This document shows positions 10,075 to 20,162 of a stretch of DNA of 64,000 nt, piece after piece (positions within the stretch are counted from its first letter, which is position 1; every line of letters begins with the position of its first letter). The stretch spans positions 59,914-123,913 of IMG/VR virus record IMGVR_UViG_3300038968_000070; one strand, given 5' to 3'. Below the pieces are notes generated by a model that was not told the origin of the DNA, did no database searches, and worked only from the letters and a program-made list of their open reading frames with translations. This DNA comes from a virus (lineage: Duplodnaviria; Caudoviricetes). A program made the position numbers and the translations under genes.

Positions 10075-10295
10075 TTCACGACTCCGTTCTTCGTCGGCAC
10101 GGGTTGCGCGGCGACCATGTCCCGCGGCGCCGCGGCAAACTTGCACGCGGCTTCGGCGAGCTTCTCGGCGTACGTGTTGACGTATTCGAGCGGCTGCTTG
10201 CCGGTCTTGTACCATCCGAGCGCGTTCGCGTAGTCTTGTGCGGCTTCGCGCAGTGCGCGCTCGGCACGGAGGATCTTGCGCGTGGTCGGCTTCAC
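10071..10295 (-). CDS. hypothetical protein
   Basis: GTGA overlap coupling. Confidence 0.5.
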   Translation of the reverse strand: MKPTTRKILRAERALREAAQDYANALGWYKTGKQPLEYVNTYAEKLAEAACKFAAAPRDMVAAQPVPTKNGVVK

Positions 10296-10645
10296 GGCGA
10301 CACCTCGCCGTCGCCAGCAGGCGTGACGTACTTGATCGACGCGCGCATCCACTCCATCGCGCGGTCGTTGAACGGCACCAGCTCGAAGCCACCGTGCTGA
10401 TCCTCGTGCTCGATCGAGATGTTGTGCTCGCGACAGAGCGCTTCGAGCGCGGCGAGGAACGCTGGCGCACGCGCAGCGGCGTCTTGCTTGAGCGCCTGTC
10501 GCGCGCGATACTTCGCATCTAGCTCGTCGCGCCAGTCACTATGCGCGGCCTGCCGCGCGCGTGCGGCGGCTTCGTGCACTTCTGCACGCTCGCGCGGCGT
10601 CATGTGCTCCCACTTCTTGGGCGGGGCCTTGGGCGCGACGCTCAC
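10292..10645 (-). CDS. hypothetical protein
   Basis: GTGA overlap coupling. Confidence 0.55.
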   Translation of the reverse strand: MSVAPKAPPKKWEHMTPRERAEVHEAAARARQAAHSDWRDELDAKYRARQALKQDAAARAPAFLAALEALCREHNISIEHEDQHGGFELVPFNDRAMEWMRASIKYVTPAGDGEVSP

Positions 10646-11817
10646 GGATCGATCTCCCGCGGGCCATCGTCCTCGACGCCGGCGCAGTGGTGGAACAGCG
10701 GGCAGAAGCCGTGGTAGCGCGTGACACACGACGCGCGGCTGCGCGGGTACGACCCGAGCGCCTCGGCGACGCGCATCTCCGCGTCCCAGATCTTGAGCGA
10801 CTTGTGGTGATCGCTCAGCACGCGCTTCTGCGGCAGCACGATCGACCGGAGGTACTGCGGCACCTTCGTCTTGATGAGGAGATTGATGCACGCGCCGCGG
10901 AGCGGGCCGAACCGCTTGCGGTACCCGAGGCGGTTGTAGAGGTCGACGTTGCCGAGGATCTGGCCGTCGTTCTGCCACTGGTCGCGCGTGACCATGTCGT
11001 TCTTCGACGCGGTCTTGTGATCGCTCACGTAGACGCCGGGCAAGAGGTTCTCGAACGGTTTCGTCACCTCGAAGACGAGGTCCCACCGACACGAGAAGCC
11101 CGTGCGCGGGTCGACGACCAGCTCCTCGACGGCGAGCGGGCGCATCCAGTCCTCGGTGCCCCAATACGCCCGGTAACCGTCGAACAGCTCCCACGCCTGG
11201 TTGATCACCGCCGGTGTCACGAGCTGAAGCTCCAAGAAGCGCTTCGCCGCCTCGGGGTCGATCGGGTAGCTCGGGTCGATGCGCTGCAAGTAGTGGATCG
11301 CGAGGAAGAGGTGCGTGAGCGATCCGACTTCGAGCGCGTCGGGGCCGGGCTGCGTCTCATCGATGACGCTCTTGCCGCTGCCGTACTGGTTCTTCCAGAG
11401 GTAGCGGCAACGCTGGAACGTCGAGATGCTCGACCAACCACGCGCGCCGGAGCTGCCGCCGAGGACCGGCTTGTTGATCGACTCGAAGAGCTTGCGCGTC
11501 GCGAAGTCGACGGCGACGTAGCCCGAGCCCTCGGGCGTCGCGCTCACCGCGACGCCGTCGATGAACATCGCGCCGCCGAAGCTGACCGGCACATTCGGCG
11601 CCGCCACCGGCGCCTCGCGCTGGTAGATCTCGCCGTCGACCAGCTCGTACGTGTCGTCGACGCAGACGCCGAGCGCGTCGGTGAGGACGACGGAGCACCC
11701 GGGGCTGTCCGTATGAAGGAACAGGTCGGGATAGGGCGAGGCGACGAGCGCAGCCTGGCACAAGGCACAGACGGGCCCCTTCCCGCCCCCGCGGGATTTC
11801 TTCGTGGTCCTGGTCAT
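10642..11817 (-). CDS. PD-(D/E)XK RecB/Cas4-like exonuclease
   Basis: SSISTFQRC, GSLTH, E..RWDLV..SDHKT, C-terminal Cys cluster. Confidence 0.85.
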   Translation of the reverse strand: MTRTTKKSRGGGKGPVCALCQAALVASPYPDLFLHTDSPGCSVVLTDALGVCVDDTYELVDGEIYQREAPVAAPNVPVSFGGAMFIDGVAVSATPEGSGYVAVDFATRKLFESINKPVLGGSSGARGWSSISTFQRCRYLWKNQYGSGKSVIDETQPGPDALEVGSLTHLFLAIHYLQRIDPSYPIDPEAAKRFLELQLVTPAVINQAWELFDGYRAYWGTEDWMRPLAVEELVVDPRTGFSCRWDLVFEVTKPFENLLPGVYVSDHKTASKNDMVTRDQWQNDGQILGNVDLYNRLGYRKRFGPLRGACINLLIKTKVPQYLRSIVLPQKRVLSDHHKSLKIWDAEMRVAEALGSYPRSRASCVTRYHGFCPLFHHCAGVEDDGPREIDP

Positions 11818-11931
11818 GTGAGATCGTCTCGAAACCGGAGCGCGATACAGAGAACCGTTTCGAGACGGCTCATCGAATAGCACAGGGGTCCGACAGAAAG
11901 CGAGCGGGAGCGCGCGCCCGCGCGTGAACGC

Positions 11932-13494
11932 TCAGCGAGATCCCCCCAAGAGCAACGCTTCCAGCTCACTTAGTAACAGGCGAGCGTCCTCGGGGCTTGT
12001 GGATAGATCGAAGCCGGAACCTGCGGCGGGCATTGAGGATGCAGCACCGCGCGCGAGCTTTGTCGTCAGCTTATCCACAAGCAGTTGCTCGACCGGATGT
12101 TCGACGCGAAAAAAAAGCAACGTCATCGCGCGATCGGGCGTGAAGGTTCGCATCGCGGCCTGGTAGAGCACCGCCGGCGTCCAGTCGACCTCGACGAAGG
12201 CAGCAACTTTCGCATGTGAGAGGTCGATCCCGACCTGCCCGACCGCGAGCGTCGCGATCAGGACGCCGTCTGGGGTGTCGCGCCACGCCGCCATCGCTGC
12301 GAGCCGCTTCTGCGGCGATTCGTCGCCATGGATCATGAACACCGGGCGGTGCTTGTCGCGCTCCTTGATCGCCTTCGCGAGCGGCTTGGCGACGTCGGCC
12401 TTGTGCCAGCACCACGCGACGGTCGGTTCGCGATACGCGAGCAGCTCGTCCGCCACCGCGGCGATCTTCAGCTTGCCAGTGAGCTTCCGGTAACGCCCGA
12501 TCGCACCGATCGTCGTGTCGTCGAGGGTCGCGTCACGCATCGCCTCGACGGCGATGTCCAACTCGCCGTAGCCGGCGGCGTCGATCGGCACGTCGACGAA
12601 GCGACGCGCGATGGGCGGCAGGTCCGGGCGCTCGGTCGCCCAATCAGCTTGAAAGACGACCTCGGCGCGGCGCGCGTGCCACTCCTCCTCGTTCGAGATC
12701 TCGCCGTAGACCCAGCCGTACTCCCCCTGCGTCGGCGCGCAGTAGCGCTGTTTGAACCCGAAGCTCGTCTTGCCCCACGCGCCCGGGTTCGCCGTCGCCA
12801 AGAGCGGCCACAAGCCCTTCGTGCTGTTCCACAGCGGTGTGCCGGTCAAGACGACGACGCGCTTCGCGAGCACAGCGAAGTCGCGGACACCTTCGCTCCG
12901 GCGGCTCTTGTCGTTCGCGAGGAGGTGCGCCTCGTCGACGATGAGCGTACCGATCCGCAGGTTCGTCAGCTGTTGGTCACGCGCGATGTCGTAGTGCCCG
13001 AAGATGAACGGCGAGGTCTTCAACGCCTCGACGTCGGGCTTGCGGCCCTCCATGCAGAAGACCTCGGCGCCGGGGAACATGCTCTCGATCGCGTCGATCC
13101 AGACCTGGCGCACGTCGAGCGGCGCGAGAATGCCGAGCGGGCCACGCGCCGGGTCATGGAGCGCGAGCGCCGCGCGGCTCTTGCCCATGCGAGGCTCGGC
13201 GACGATCATCGACCCCTGGCGCGGCGCCGCCCAATCGAGCGCGCGCTTCTGCCACGGGCGCCAAGGCATGTTCGCCGGCGGCGCGTGCGGCGCCTCGCCG
13301 CGCGGCGGCACGCCCGCGAGCGCACCGGGCAACCCAAGATCGAACCCGCGCTGTACCAGCAACGGCAGGTGTGTCCGGTGGACCTCGAACGTCCCATCGT
13401 TACGCGCGAGCACGCCGGGGATCCCCGCCGGCAACGCCTTCACCCATTCGAGCGGGATCTGCCACCAGTCCCAACGAGAGCTTGGACGGATCAC
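11932..13494 (-). CDS. SNF2-family SF2 helicase/ATPase
   Basis: PRMGKS, LIVDEAH, LTGTP, GIDLS, WTP..YQA..R. Confidence 0.88.
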   Translation of the reverse strand: MIRPSSRWDWWQIPLEWVKALPAGIPGVLARNDGTFEVHRTHLPLLVQRGFDLGLPGALAGVPPRGEAPHAPPANMPWRPWQKRALDWAAPRQGSMIVAEPRMGKSRAALALHDPARGPLGILAPLDVRQVWIDAIESMFPGAEVFCMEGRKPDVEALKTSPFIFGHYDIARDQQLTNLRIGTLIVDEAHLLANDKSRRSEGVRDFAVLAKRVVVLTGTPLWNSTKGLWPLLATANPGAWGKTSFGFKQRYCAPTQGEYGWVYGEISNEEEWHARRAEVVFQADWATERPDLPPIARRFVDVPIDAAGYGELDIAVEAMRDATLDDTTIGAIGRYRKLTGKLKIAAVADELLAYREPTVAWCWHKADVAKPLAKAIKERDKHRPVFMIHGDESPQKRLAAMAAWRDTPDGVLIATLAVGQVGIDLSHAKVAAFVEVDWTPAVLYQAAMRTFTPDRAMTLLFFRVEHPVEQLLVDKLTTKLARGAASSMPAAGSGFDLSTSPEDARLLLSELEALLLGGSR

Positions 13495-13519
13495 CGTCCG
13501 CTTGTAACACGCGGGTGCG

Positions 13520-13789
13520 TCAGGACCGTGCGCTGGCGCGCGGCGCGCAGAACACGTTGTGCTCGCGCAGCACACGCGTTGCGATCACATCGCTCGTATC
13601 ACCAGGCAAGACTGGTACGGCGGCGCCGAACGCACCCGACTGCGGCTCGTTCGTTCGTGTAGCTGCGTACGTCAGGGCATCCACCTCCGTCGCCCAATAC
13701 GACACCCCGTAGCCGCGCAAGCCGCCGTTCCCCAAGTACCAAACCACCGCCCAGGTTGCGCGTGGATCCGCCGGTCCGAGTGATCGCAT
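13520..13789 (-). CDS. hypothetical protein
   Basis: ORF with GGAAGGA upstream. Confidence 0.4.
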   Translation of the reverse strand: MRSLGPADPRATWAVVWYLGNGGLRGYGVSYWATEVDALTYAATRTNEPQSGAFGAAVPVLPGDTSDVIATRVLREHNVFCAPRASARS

Positions 13790-13976
13790 ACGCCGTCCTT
13801 CCGAGATCGAGCCTTAGCACGGTCACCCCGTCGGGGTGAACCAACAGGTAGTAGGTTTCGTCTCTCGCTGATCAAGATGTAGTAGGCGAGACGCTCGCTG
13901 CGATTTCTGACGCAGGGGTCCGGTATCTTGGCGCGCGGGGACGGCGGCACTGTCGCCGCTGTCGCCGCTCCCGCCC

Positions 13977-15632
13977 GTGACCCTCCTTCTCCCCGCCGAT
14001 TACGTCTCGATCCGCACCCGCGTCGCGCAGGCCCTCGCCAGCCTTGACAAAGACGCATCCGCGAGTGACCGCGGCGCCGCGGTCGCGTTCGTGATCCTCC
14101 AGACCGAGCAAGCCAACAACAGCCGCTTCCTCGTGATCGACGGCGACCCGTTCCTCTTCACCGGGTTCAACAAGCGGCTACTCGCGCTGCAACACGGCGA
14201 CCTTCGCTGGGCGACGCACTTGCTCATGGTCTACGGCGTCAACGTCAAGGATCGCGAGATCTCACCGAAGATCACACAGGCGCTCGCGAGCTACGCCATC
14301 ACCAACGGGCGCGCCGTCTCGCCGCGGCGCTGGTCGGCGTTCGTCGACGGCGCCTTGTACCTCAGCCGCTACGACGGGACGACCTACAAGCTCACCGGCG
14401 CCGGCGTCGATGAGAGCGATGATGAAACGCAGTCCCTCGTGGACGACATCTGGCTGAACCGTCGCTCGACGTGGGCGGGGCGGCGCAACGCAAGTCGACC
14501 ACCGCTCCGGTTCGACATCGAGGACAACGGGACGAACGTCCTCTTCGCCGACGACGACGGCGGATCGGTGCCGACGGCGCCGGCGTTCGGCCGCAACGGC
14601 AAGCTCTTCCAGCTCCTTCGCGGGATCGCGTGGTCGCGTGAGAGCACGAGCATGAGGCCGAAGCATCAAGTGCAAGCGCTCATGATCTGGATGCTGGCGA
14701 CGGCGTTCCCCGACCTGTTCCCGACGAAGCCCATCGTCATCGCCGAGGGCGCGCCAGGCTCGGGCAAGAGCACGACCCTCCAGATGATCCAGCAAGCGCT
14801 CTTCGGCAGCGTCGAGCCGTTCACGGTGTCGGAGGACGGCCTCCGCGACTTCTGGCTCAACCTCATGACGAGCCCGATCACGCTCCTCGACAACACCGAC
14901 GACATCGTGAAGTGGCTGCCCGATCAGATCGCAGCGTACACGACGCGCGGGTTCCGCAAGGAGCGCAAGCTGCACACGAACACCGGCACCGTCGTCATCC
15001 GCCCGAACGCGTTCATCTGCGTCGCGTCGCAAGACCCCAAGAACTTCCGCCGCGGTGACGTCGCCGACCGGTCGATCGTGCTGCGCATGGAGAGCCGCGT
15101 CGGGCGCGGTGGCGAGAACATCGCCGCGATCGCGGCACGCATCGAGCGTGAACGCGCCGTGATCTGGGGCGAGTGGGCCTACTTCCTGAACCGCGTCGTC
15201 GCCGCGCTCGCGCGCGAACCGGTGCGACGGACGACGGCCCGCCTCGGTGACTTCGAGGTCTTCGCCTACGCCGCCTGCCGTGCGCTCGGCTGGCAGAGCA
15301 GCATCATCGTCCCCGAGCTGATGGCGGCGCTGAGCCGCGAGCGCGCCACGTTTGCCGCCGAGGCTGACATCGTCCTCGACGTGCTCGAAGACTGGCTCGT
15401 CTACCCGTCGAACGTCGCGCGCGAGATCTCGCTCCGCGACCTCTTCCGGGACCTCTCCTCGCTCGCCGGGCAGAACAACAAGCCGTTCGTCCGTACGCCA
15501 CAAGCGCTCGCGCACCGACTACGCGCGCCGCACGTGCGGCTCATGTACGACGTCGCCGAGTGGAACAACGGCGACCAGCGCATGTACCGGGTCATCAAGG
15601 CGCCGACGACCGTCATCGTCGGTGAGAACTAG
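13977..15632 (+). CDS. P-loop replicative helicase-like ATPase
   Basis: EGAPGSGKST; LLDNTD; RKLHTN; DVADRS. Confidence 0.8.
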   Translation: MTLLLPADYVSIRTRVAQALASLDKDASASDRGAAVAFVILQTEQANNSRFLVIDGDPFLFTGFNKRLLALQHGDLRWATHLLMVYGVNVKDREISPKITQALASYAITNGRAVSPRRWSAFVDGALYLSRYDGTTYKLTGAGVDESDDETQSLVDDIWLNRRSTWAGRRNASRPPLRFDIEDNGTNVLFADDDGGSVPTAPAFGRNGKLFQLLRGIAWSRESTSMRPKHQVQALMIWMLATAFPDLFPTKPIVIAEGAPGSGKSTTLQMIQQALFGSVEPFTVSEDGLRDFWLNLMTSPITLLDNTDDIVKWLPDQIAAYTTRGFRKERKLHTNTGTVVIRPNAFICVASQDPKNFRRGDVADRSIVLRMESRVGRGGENIAAIAARIERERAVIWGEWAYFLNRVVAALAREPVRRTTARLGDFEVFAYAACRALGWQSSIIVPELMAALSRERATFAAEADIVLDVLEDWLVYPSNVAREISLRDLFRDLSSLAGQNNKPFVRTPQALAHRLRAPHVRLMYDVAEWNNGDQRMYRVIKAPTTVIVGEN

Positions 15633-15641
15633 GAGCGCATC

Positions 15642-16130
15642 GTGTCGAAGCTCACGTTGGGACACGCCGCCGTACAAGCCATCCTACGGCTCATCACCGA
15701 CAACCGCGACACGTTGGCGGCCGCGATCGCAGCACACCTCGAAGAGATCGAAGTCGCCACGCCGTCTGTCCCACAACTCGACGACGAGGTCACGCCCGTC
15801 GCCGCACCGCCGCCCATCGACGACGGCGTGGTCCGGCTCCGCTTCATCGGTCCCGGCACGGCCGAAGGCGTCCGCGCCTTCGCGACGAACCTCATCGTCA
15901 TCGGGTCATCGCTTTCCTGTCACATCATCACGGGCGGAGACTCGCGCGCGCAGCACGCAGCGATCACGCGGATGGGTCGCGAGGTGTGGCTCAACAACCT
16001 GACCCCTGACGGCACCGGCGTCAGCGTCAACCACCGCGCGGCCGCAGGCGGCCGCATCGTCACGAGCACCCACGTCTTGAAGCCGGGTGAGTGGGTCCAC
16101 GTCGGCGACACGTTCATCAGCCTCGCGTGA
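15642..16130 (+). CDS. Protein with degenerate C-terminal FHA-like domain
   Basis: VIGS..SRAQHAAI..LNNL..DGTGVSVN..LKPGEWVHVG; AGGAG RBS. Confidence 0.6.
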   Translation: MSKLTLGHAAVQAILRLITDNRDTLAAAIAAHLEEIEVATPSVPQLDDEVTPVAAPPPIDDGVVRLRFIGPGTAEGVRAFATNLIVIGSSLSCHIITGGDSRAQHAAITRMGREVWLNNLTPDGTGVSVNHRAAAGGRIVTSTHVLKPGEWVHVGDTFISLA

Positions 16131-16183
16131 ACGACGGCGTCGCTGTCGGACCGCTGTGGTAATCTCGAACCAAGCAGAATTCC

Positions 16184-16459
16184 ATGTCCATCGCTGGCAT
16201 TGTCCCCGGCTACCTGATCGGGTACCTCGTGCGTGAAGACGACACGACGTGCGAGTATCGCCTATTGCCGGTCGTCAGCCTCGTCGGCGACCCCGACGGC
16301 GAGATCGAACCGGTCGTCATGCTCCCCGATGGACGCACCGCGCGTGCGAGCGCGGTCGGCGAACGTGCATTCTCCGCCGGTCCGAACGAGGACATCACGA
16401 AGATCGCCAACGCCCACGCCAAGACGCGCGGGCGTCGGGCGCGGAGGGTCGCAGCGTGA
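16184..16459 (+). CDS. hypothetical protein
   Basis: ORF downstream of TGG-TAATCT. Confidence 0.6.
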   Translation: MSIAGIVPGYLIGYLVREDDTTCEYRLLPVVSLVGDPDGEIEPVVMLPDGRTARASAVGERAFSAGPNEDITKIANAHAKTRGRRARRVAA

Positions 16460-16653
16460 CCGAACGCCAGCGCTTCGCGCTCACGATCGGCGTCATCCTC
16501 GGCGTCACGCTCGTCACCGTCGCAGCGATGACCGCGTGCGCGATCGCGGTCTTCGAGGGTGCGTCGTTCATCTGGCTCGCCGGCGTCCCGAGCGGGGCGC
16601 TCATCGGCGCACTCGCGATCGCGGTCGTCTGGGAGCACTGGCTCGATGGCTAA
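16456..16653 (+). CDS. small two-TM membrane protein
   Basis: Two hydrophobic segments; GGAGG RBS. Confidence 0.6.
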   Translation: MTERQRFALTIGVILGVTLVTVAAMTACAIAVFEGASFIWLAGVPSGALIGALAIAVVWEHWLDG

Positions 16654-16939
16654 GCACTGGCCGATGGTTGCGTACGCGGCGGACCGTTCGCGCCAGACGT
16701 TGCACGGCATGTTCGTGACGGCGTTCGGGTGGCGCTACACCGTCGAGGCCGCCGACTTGGTGCAGGCGATCGTCGGGTCCGGGCTCGCCAAAGCGGTGAG
16801 TGGTGTCACGATCTCGCCGTACGATCTTCACTACAAACCGTGCTTCGAGAGCGCCGAAGACGAGCGGACGTTCGGCAACATCTGGAACGCGGCGGTCGAC
16901 GAACACCGGCGCAGGCGGGCAACGCGTGACGGTGCGTGA
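16646..16939 (+). CDS. family 1 paralog (C-terminal N..AA..E..RR module)
   Basis: FGNIWNAAVDEHRRR. Confidence 0.7.
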   Translation: MAKHWPMVAYAADRSRQTLHGMFVTAFGWRYTVEAADLVQAIVGSGLAKAVSGVTISPYDLHYKPCFESAEDERTFGNIWNAAVDEHRRRRATRDGA

Positions 16940-17213
16940 TATCCCGGTTCTCGCGGAGCGGTACATGCCGCAGGTCTACGCGTACCTCTACCGGAACTAC
17001 AATGTGGCGGCGCCGTCGTTCGCGTGGCTTCAGAGCGTATCGTTCCCTCACGGATGGGACGAGCGTACGGAGGACGTCTACGAGACGGTGAAGACGCTAT
17101 GGTGGAGCGGCTCCGCGAACAGCATGGCAGAGCTGCGCGCCGACGAAGAGCTACTCACGAACGTCTGGAACGCCGCCGTCGAGGAGTACGCACGGCGACA
17201 CGGAGAACTGTGA
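16926..17213 (+). CDS. family 1 paralog
   Basis: LTNVWNAAVEEYARR. Confidence 0.7.
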   Translation: MTVRDIPVLAERYMPQVYAYLYRNYNVAAPSFAWLQSVSFPHGWDERTEDVYETVKTLWWSGSANSMAELRADEELLTNVWNAAVEEYARRHGEL

Positions 17214-17530
17214 CAACGCCCCGCGACGCGCGAAGCAACACGCAGCGTGTGCGTGACAGCCGACGCTGGCCAGAGATCGACCGCGTACTCCACGCCGGCA
17301 CGATCACCTCGAAGATCCGCTACGCGTTCGGCGTCAGCACACGGAACGCCGTAGACTTCGCCGACCTCTACGACGTGATCATGCACGCCTACCGATCGCT
17401 CCGCATCGACCTGCTCTGGCACGGGGCGGCGCCACCGCCGCCCCCGTCAGAGAACGCCGAAGCGTTCGCCAACATCTGGAACGCCGCCCTCGACGAGTAC
17501 GATCGACGCAAGGCTGCCCGCCGTGGTTAG
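17210..17530 (+). CDS. family 1 paralog
   Basis: DSRRWP; FANIWNAALDEYDRR. Confidence 0.7.
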   Translation: MTTPRDARSNTQRVRDSRRWPEIDRVLHAGTITSKIRYAFGVSTRNAVDFADLYDVIMHAYRSLRIDLLWHGAAPPPPPSENAEAFANIWNAALDEYDRRKAARRG

Positions 17531-17906
17531 AGTCTGGTACCCCTACGAGCACGCGATGCCGTTCTGCGGCGATGTCCGCCGCTGGCCGGACGTCGCCTAC
17601 GAATGCGAGCGCCGGTTCGCGCATTGCAGCCCGCGCAAGATCATCGAATTCATCGGCGGCTTGCCCATGGAGCGCGACCGTGATCTCCTCGACACGTTGA
17701 CGTTGGTCTGGCACAACAGCGACGACAGCTGGAGCGGCGATCAACAGTCCAACCCGTACGATGACGCCAATGCGCCCTGCGAGCACGAGCAACTGATCGC
17801 CAACACGCTCGACGCCATCGTCGACGAGATCGACCGTCGCCTCGGGCGTCGGCCGACGTACCGACCGCCGCCGAACGGCGGGGCGCAGGTTTCGTACGGC
17901 GATTGA
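17523..17906 (+). CDS. family 1 paralog
   Basis: GDVRRWPD; DRDLLDTL; ANTLDAIVDEIDRR. Confidence 0.7.
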   Translation: MVRVWYPYEHAMPFCGDVRRWPDVAYECERRFAHCSPRKIIEFIGGLPMERDRDLLDTLTLVWHNSDDSWSGDQQSNPYDDANAPCEHEQLIANTLDAIVDEIDRRLGRRPTYRPPPNGGAQVSYGD

Positions 17907-17949
17907 CGACCATCGACGCCGCCCGGGACGCCGTGATACGCTCCTAGCC

Positions 17950-18462
17950 ATGCTGGCCACCTCCGTTCACCTCCTCGGGCGTCGTCGCCGCCGCGGGTTC
18001 CTCGGCGCCATCTCGCTTCCGAACTTCAGCGTCGCGGGGCGCCCGATGCTCACGCAGGGCGGCGGCATCGAGCAGCCTCCGATCGGCACCGACCCGCTGG
18101 CGCCGGGCTACACCACGCCAACGTTCCCCGGCAGCGGCGGGCTCCCGCCGCCTCCGCGGCCGCCCAAGGTGAAGGGCTACTGGTTCAGCGCCACGGTCGG
18201 ACCGACGTCGCCCGTCAACACGGGCCCGGCGGGCGACGGCACCGGGGGCACGCAACCGCCGCCGCCGCAGACGCCCGCGGGCACCGTGGTGAACGAGATC
18301 GCGCCGCCGTCGTACGTCCCGCCACCCATCACCACGACGCCCGACGCGACCGTTCCGACGGCCGACGTCGTCGTCCCGGGTACGCCGCGGAAGCCCTGGT
18401 GGCCGTGGGCGATCGCCGGCGCGGTCGTGGCAGCGGTCGGCGCGTACGCGATCACGCGCTAG
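17950..18462 (+). CDS. Pro-rich protein with C-terminal TM anchor (putative virion membrane protein)
   Basis: LLGRRRRRGFLGA N-terminus; KPWWPWAIAGAVVAAVGAYAITR. Confidence 0.7.
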   Translation: MLATSVHLLGRRRRRGFLGAISLPNFSVAGRPMLTQGGGIEQPPIGTDPLAPGYTTPTFPGSGGLPPPPRPPKVKGYWFSATVGPTSPVNTGPAGDGTGGTQPPPPQTPAGTVVNEIAPPSYVPPPITTTPDATVPTADVVVPGTPRKPWWPWAIAGAVVAAVGAYAITR

Positions 18463-18643
18463 CGCACGAGGAGCGCGAGGAGCGCGCGGAAACACGGCCC
18501 GCAGAGCACGCCGGCCGCGCCGCGGTCGCGCGCGTTGCCGTGGTCAGCGCCAGCATGACAGCGCAGCTCGGGGACTTCGACCGTCGACGGGTGGACGGTG
18601 CGGCCGCGCTTGATCTCGACGACGGGGGGGCGTGGCGCGCGCG

Positions 18644-19243
18644 TCACGCCGCCTCGCTCGGAAAGCGCGTCGCCGCCCACAACACCCAATCCGGCGGCGA
18701 GCCCGAGACCGGCGCCATCCGCTGTGGCAACTTCGCGAGCGTCTCACGCAGCTGTGTCACGACGTCGATGACGAGGTGATTCGACGACGCGTGTTCAGGC
18801 ACGAACTGGCGCCCGTTCCACGTGTACCGCGGTGCGTGACCCTCTTCGTAGAAGTTCGTGATGAACCACGGCCGCGCTGCGTAGCGGCGCCAGAGCCGAT
18901 GCCCCTCGATCCACGCGGTCAAACACCGCTCCGTGCTGTACCAGAGCTTCGCATTCAGGAACCCGCCGGTGTTCGGGTGCCGCAGGATGAAGCACGGCGG
19001 CACCGGCGCCTCGTCCCGCGGCCAACGGAAGCCGACGGCAAAGCCGACCGTATCGCTCCGTCGCGTGAACGTCGCTGCGTCGACGATGCCGAGGTCGACC
19101 GAGTCGATCGTGTCGCCGGTGACGTTCTCGGACCAGCACAAGGCGGTCAACCGGTTGTTGTCACCTTCGGTGTCGAGCCGCCACGGCGTGATGTCGTGCG
19201 CGGCGAGGTCTTGATGCAGAGCTACGAGCGGGTCGTCGTTCAT
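18644..19243 (-). CDS. hypothetical protein (weak family 2 member)
   Basis: MNDDPLVALHQDLAA start at 19243. Confidence 0.6.
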   Translation of the reverse strand: MNDDPLVALHQDLAAHDITPWRLDTEGDNNRLTALCWSENVTGDTIDSVDLGIVDAATFTRRSDTVGFAVGFRWPRDEAPVPPCFILRHPNTGGFLNAKLWYSTERCLTAWIEGHRLWRRYAARPWFITNFYEEGHAPRYTWNGRQFVPEHASSNHLVIDVVTQLRETLAKLPQRMAPVSGSPPDWVLWAATRFPSEAA

Positions 19244-19500
19244 CGCGGGTCCTCGTACAGCTCGATCGGACGGTCGTTCTTGGGATCGGGGCGAAAGCCG
19301 CGCGCGTTCGCTGAGCGGTCGCCCGACGGTGGTGCGGGGTTCGCCGGCGCGTCGAGCGCGAGGCGACACACGCGCTTCGCCTCGTCGATGACGTCGAGGA
19401 GAACGTCGCCGGGGTCGAGGTCGATCGTCACCTCGGCGCGGTCGTTCTCGAACTGCCGCCCCTGACGGAGCATGGCGTAGGTGATCGTTCGGACGCGCAT
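19240..19500 (-). CDS. hypothetical protein
   Basis: Operon packing. Confidence 0.6.
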   Translation of the reverse strand: MRVRTITYAMLRQGRQFENDRAEVTIDLDPGDVLLDVIDEAKRVCRLALDAPANPAPPSGDRSANARGFRPDPKNDRPIELYEDPR

Positions 19501-19502
19501 GG

Positions 19503-19865
19503 CTACTTCGACGGGCAGTTGTGCAGGTCCGGCTGTCGACGGTCGTACCAGAGCGTGCACGTCCCGCACTGCACGGCGTTGGCGCGCTCGCGTTCGACCT
19601 CAGCGATCGCGTCGTCCTCACCCTCTTCGAGCTGCGCAAGGATCTCACGGCAGATCTCGCGGACGGTCGACGCGCGACCCTCGATCTCCAGCGTGTCGCC
19701 GAAGTTCGCCTCGCCGTCATCGGTCTCGGCTTGCTCCGCGTCGGCGATCAGGATCTCGACGCGCGCGCCGACGTACTTCGGGGGCTCCGTCACCGGTGAA
19801 TCGAGCGGGTACACGACGACGCAGACTTGCGGGTGCTTCCTGGTGAATTCGTAGATGGTCCTCAT
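19503..19865 (-). CDS. hypothetical protein
   Basis: GAGG RBS; C-terminal CxxC..HxC. Confidence 0.6.
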   Translation of the reverse strand: MRTIYEFTRKHPQVCVVVYPLDSPVTEPPKYVGARVEILIADAEQAETDDGEANFGDTLEIEGRASTVREICREILAQLEEGEDDAIAEVERERANAVQCGTCTLWYDRRQPDLHNCPSK

Positions 19866-19877
19866 CGTTTTGTTTCC

Positions 19878-20162
19878 TCACCGTCGTAGCTTCAGATCAA
19901 GTACGGCGGCCAGCTTCTCGATGTGAGCGCGGAGCGCGAGGTAGACGCCGGTCTTCGCCTCCGTCAACGTGCGCGCACCGCCCGTGATCCGATGCGGGTG
20001 CTCCATCATCTCGTCGTCGTCCGACGGGCTGATACACCAGTTGTACCAGCCGGCGCCGTTGTTGCTGATGTACGCGTACAACGGAAGGTTGCCACCGTCG
20101 ACGATCGTTGCGCGATAGTACCGCTTGACGATCGGCCCCTTGATCACGCCCCACTTGATCAA
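19878..20162 (-). CDS. hypothetical protein
   Basis: GAGGAGG RBS; overlap coupling. Confidence 0.6.
   Translation of the reverse strand: MIKWGVIKGPIVKRYYRATIVDGGNLPLYAYISNNGAGWYNWCISPSDDDEMMEHPHRITGGARTLTEAKTGVYLALRAHIEKLAAVLDLKLRR

Noticed and set aside
10642-11817. Cas4-like nuclease as evidence of CRISPR-Cas
   Set aside because: No array or other cas genes; the context (AAA ATPase, SSB) is a standard phage recombination module
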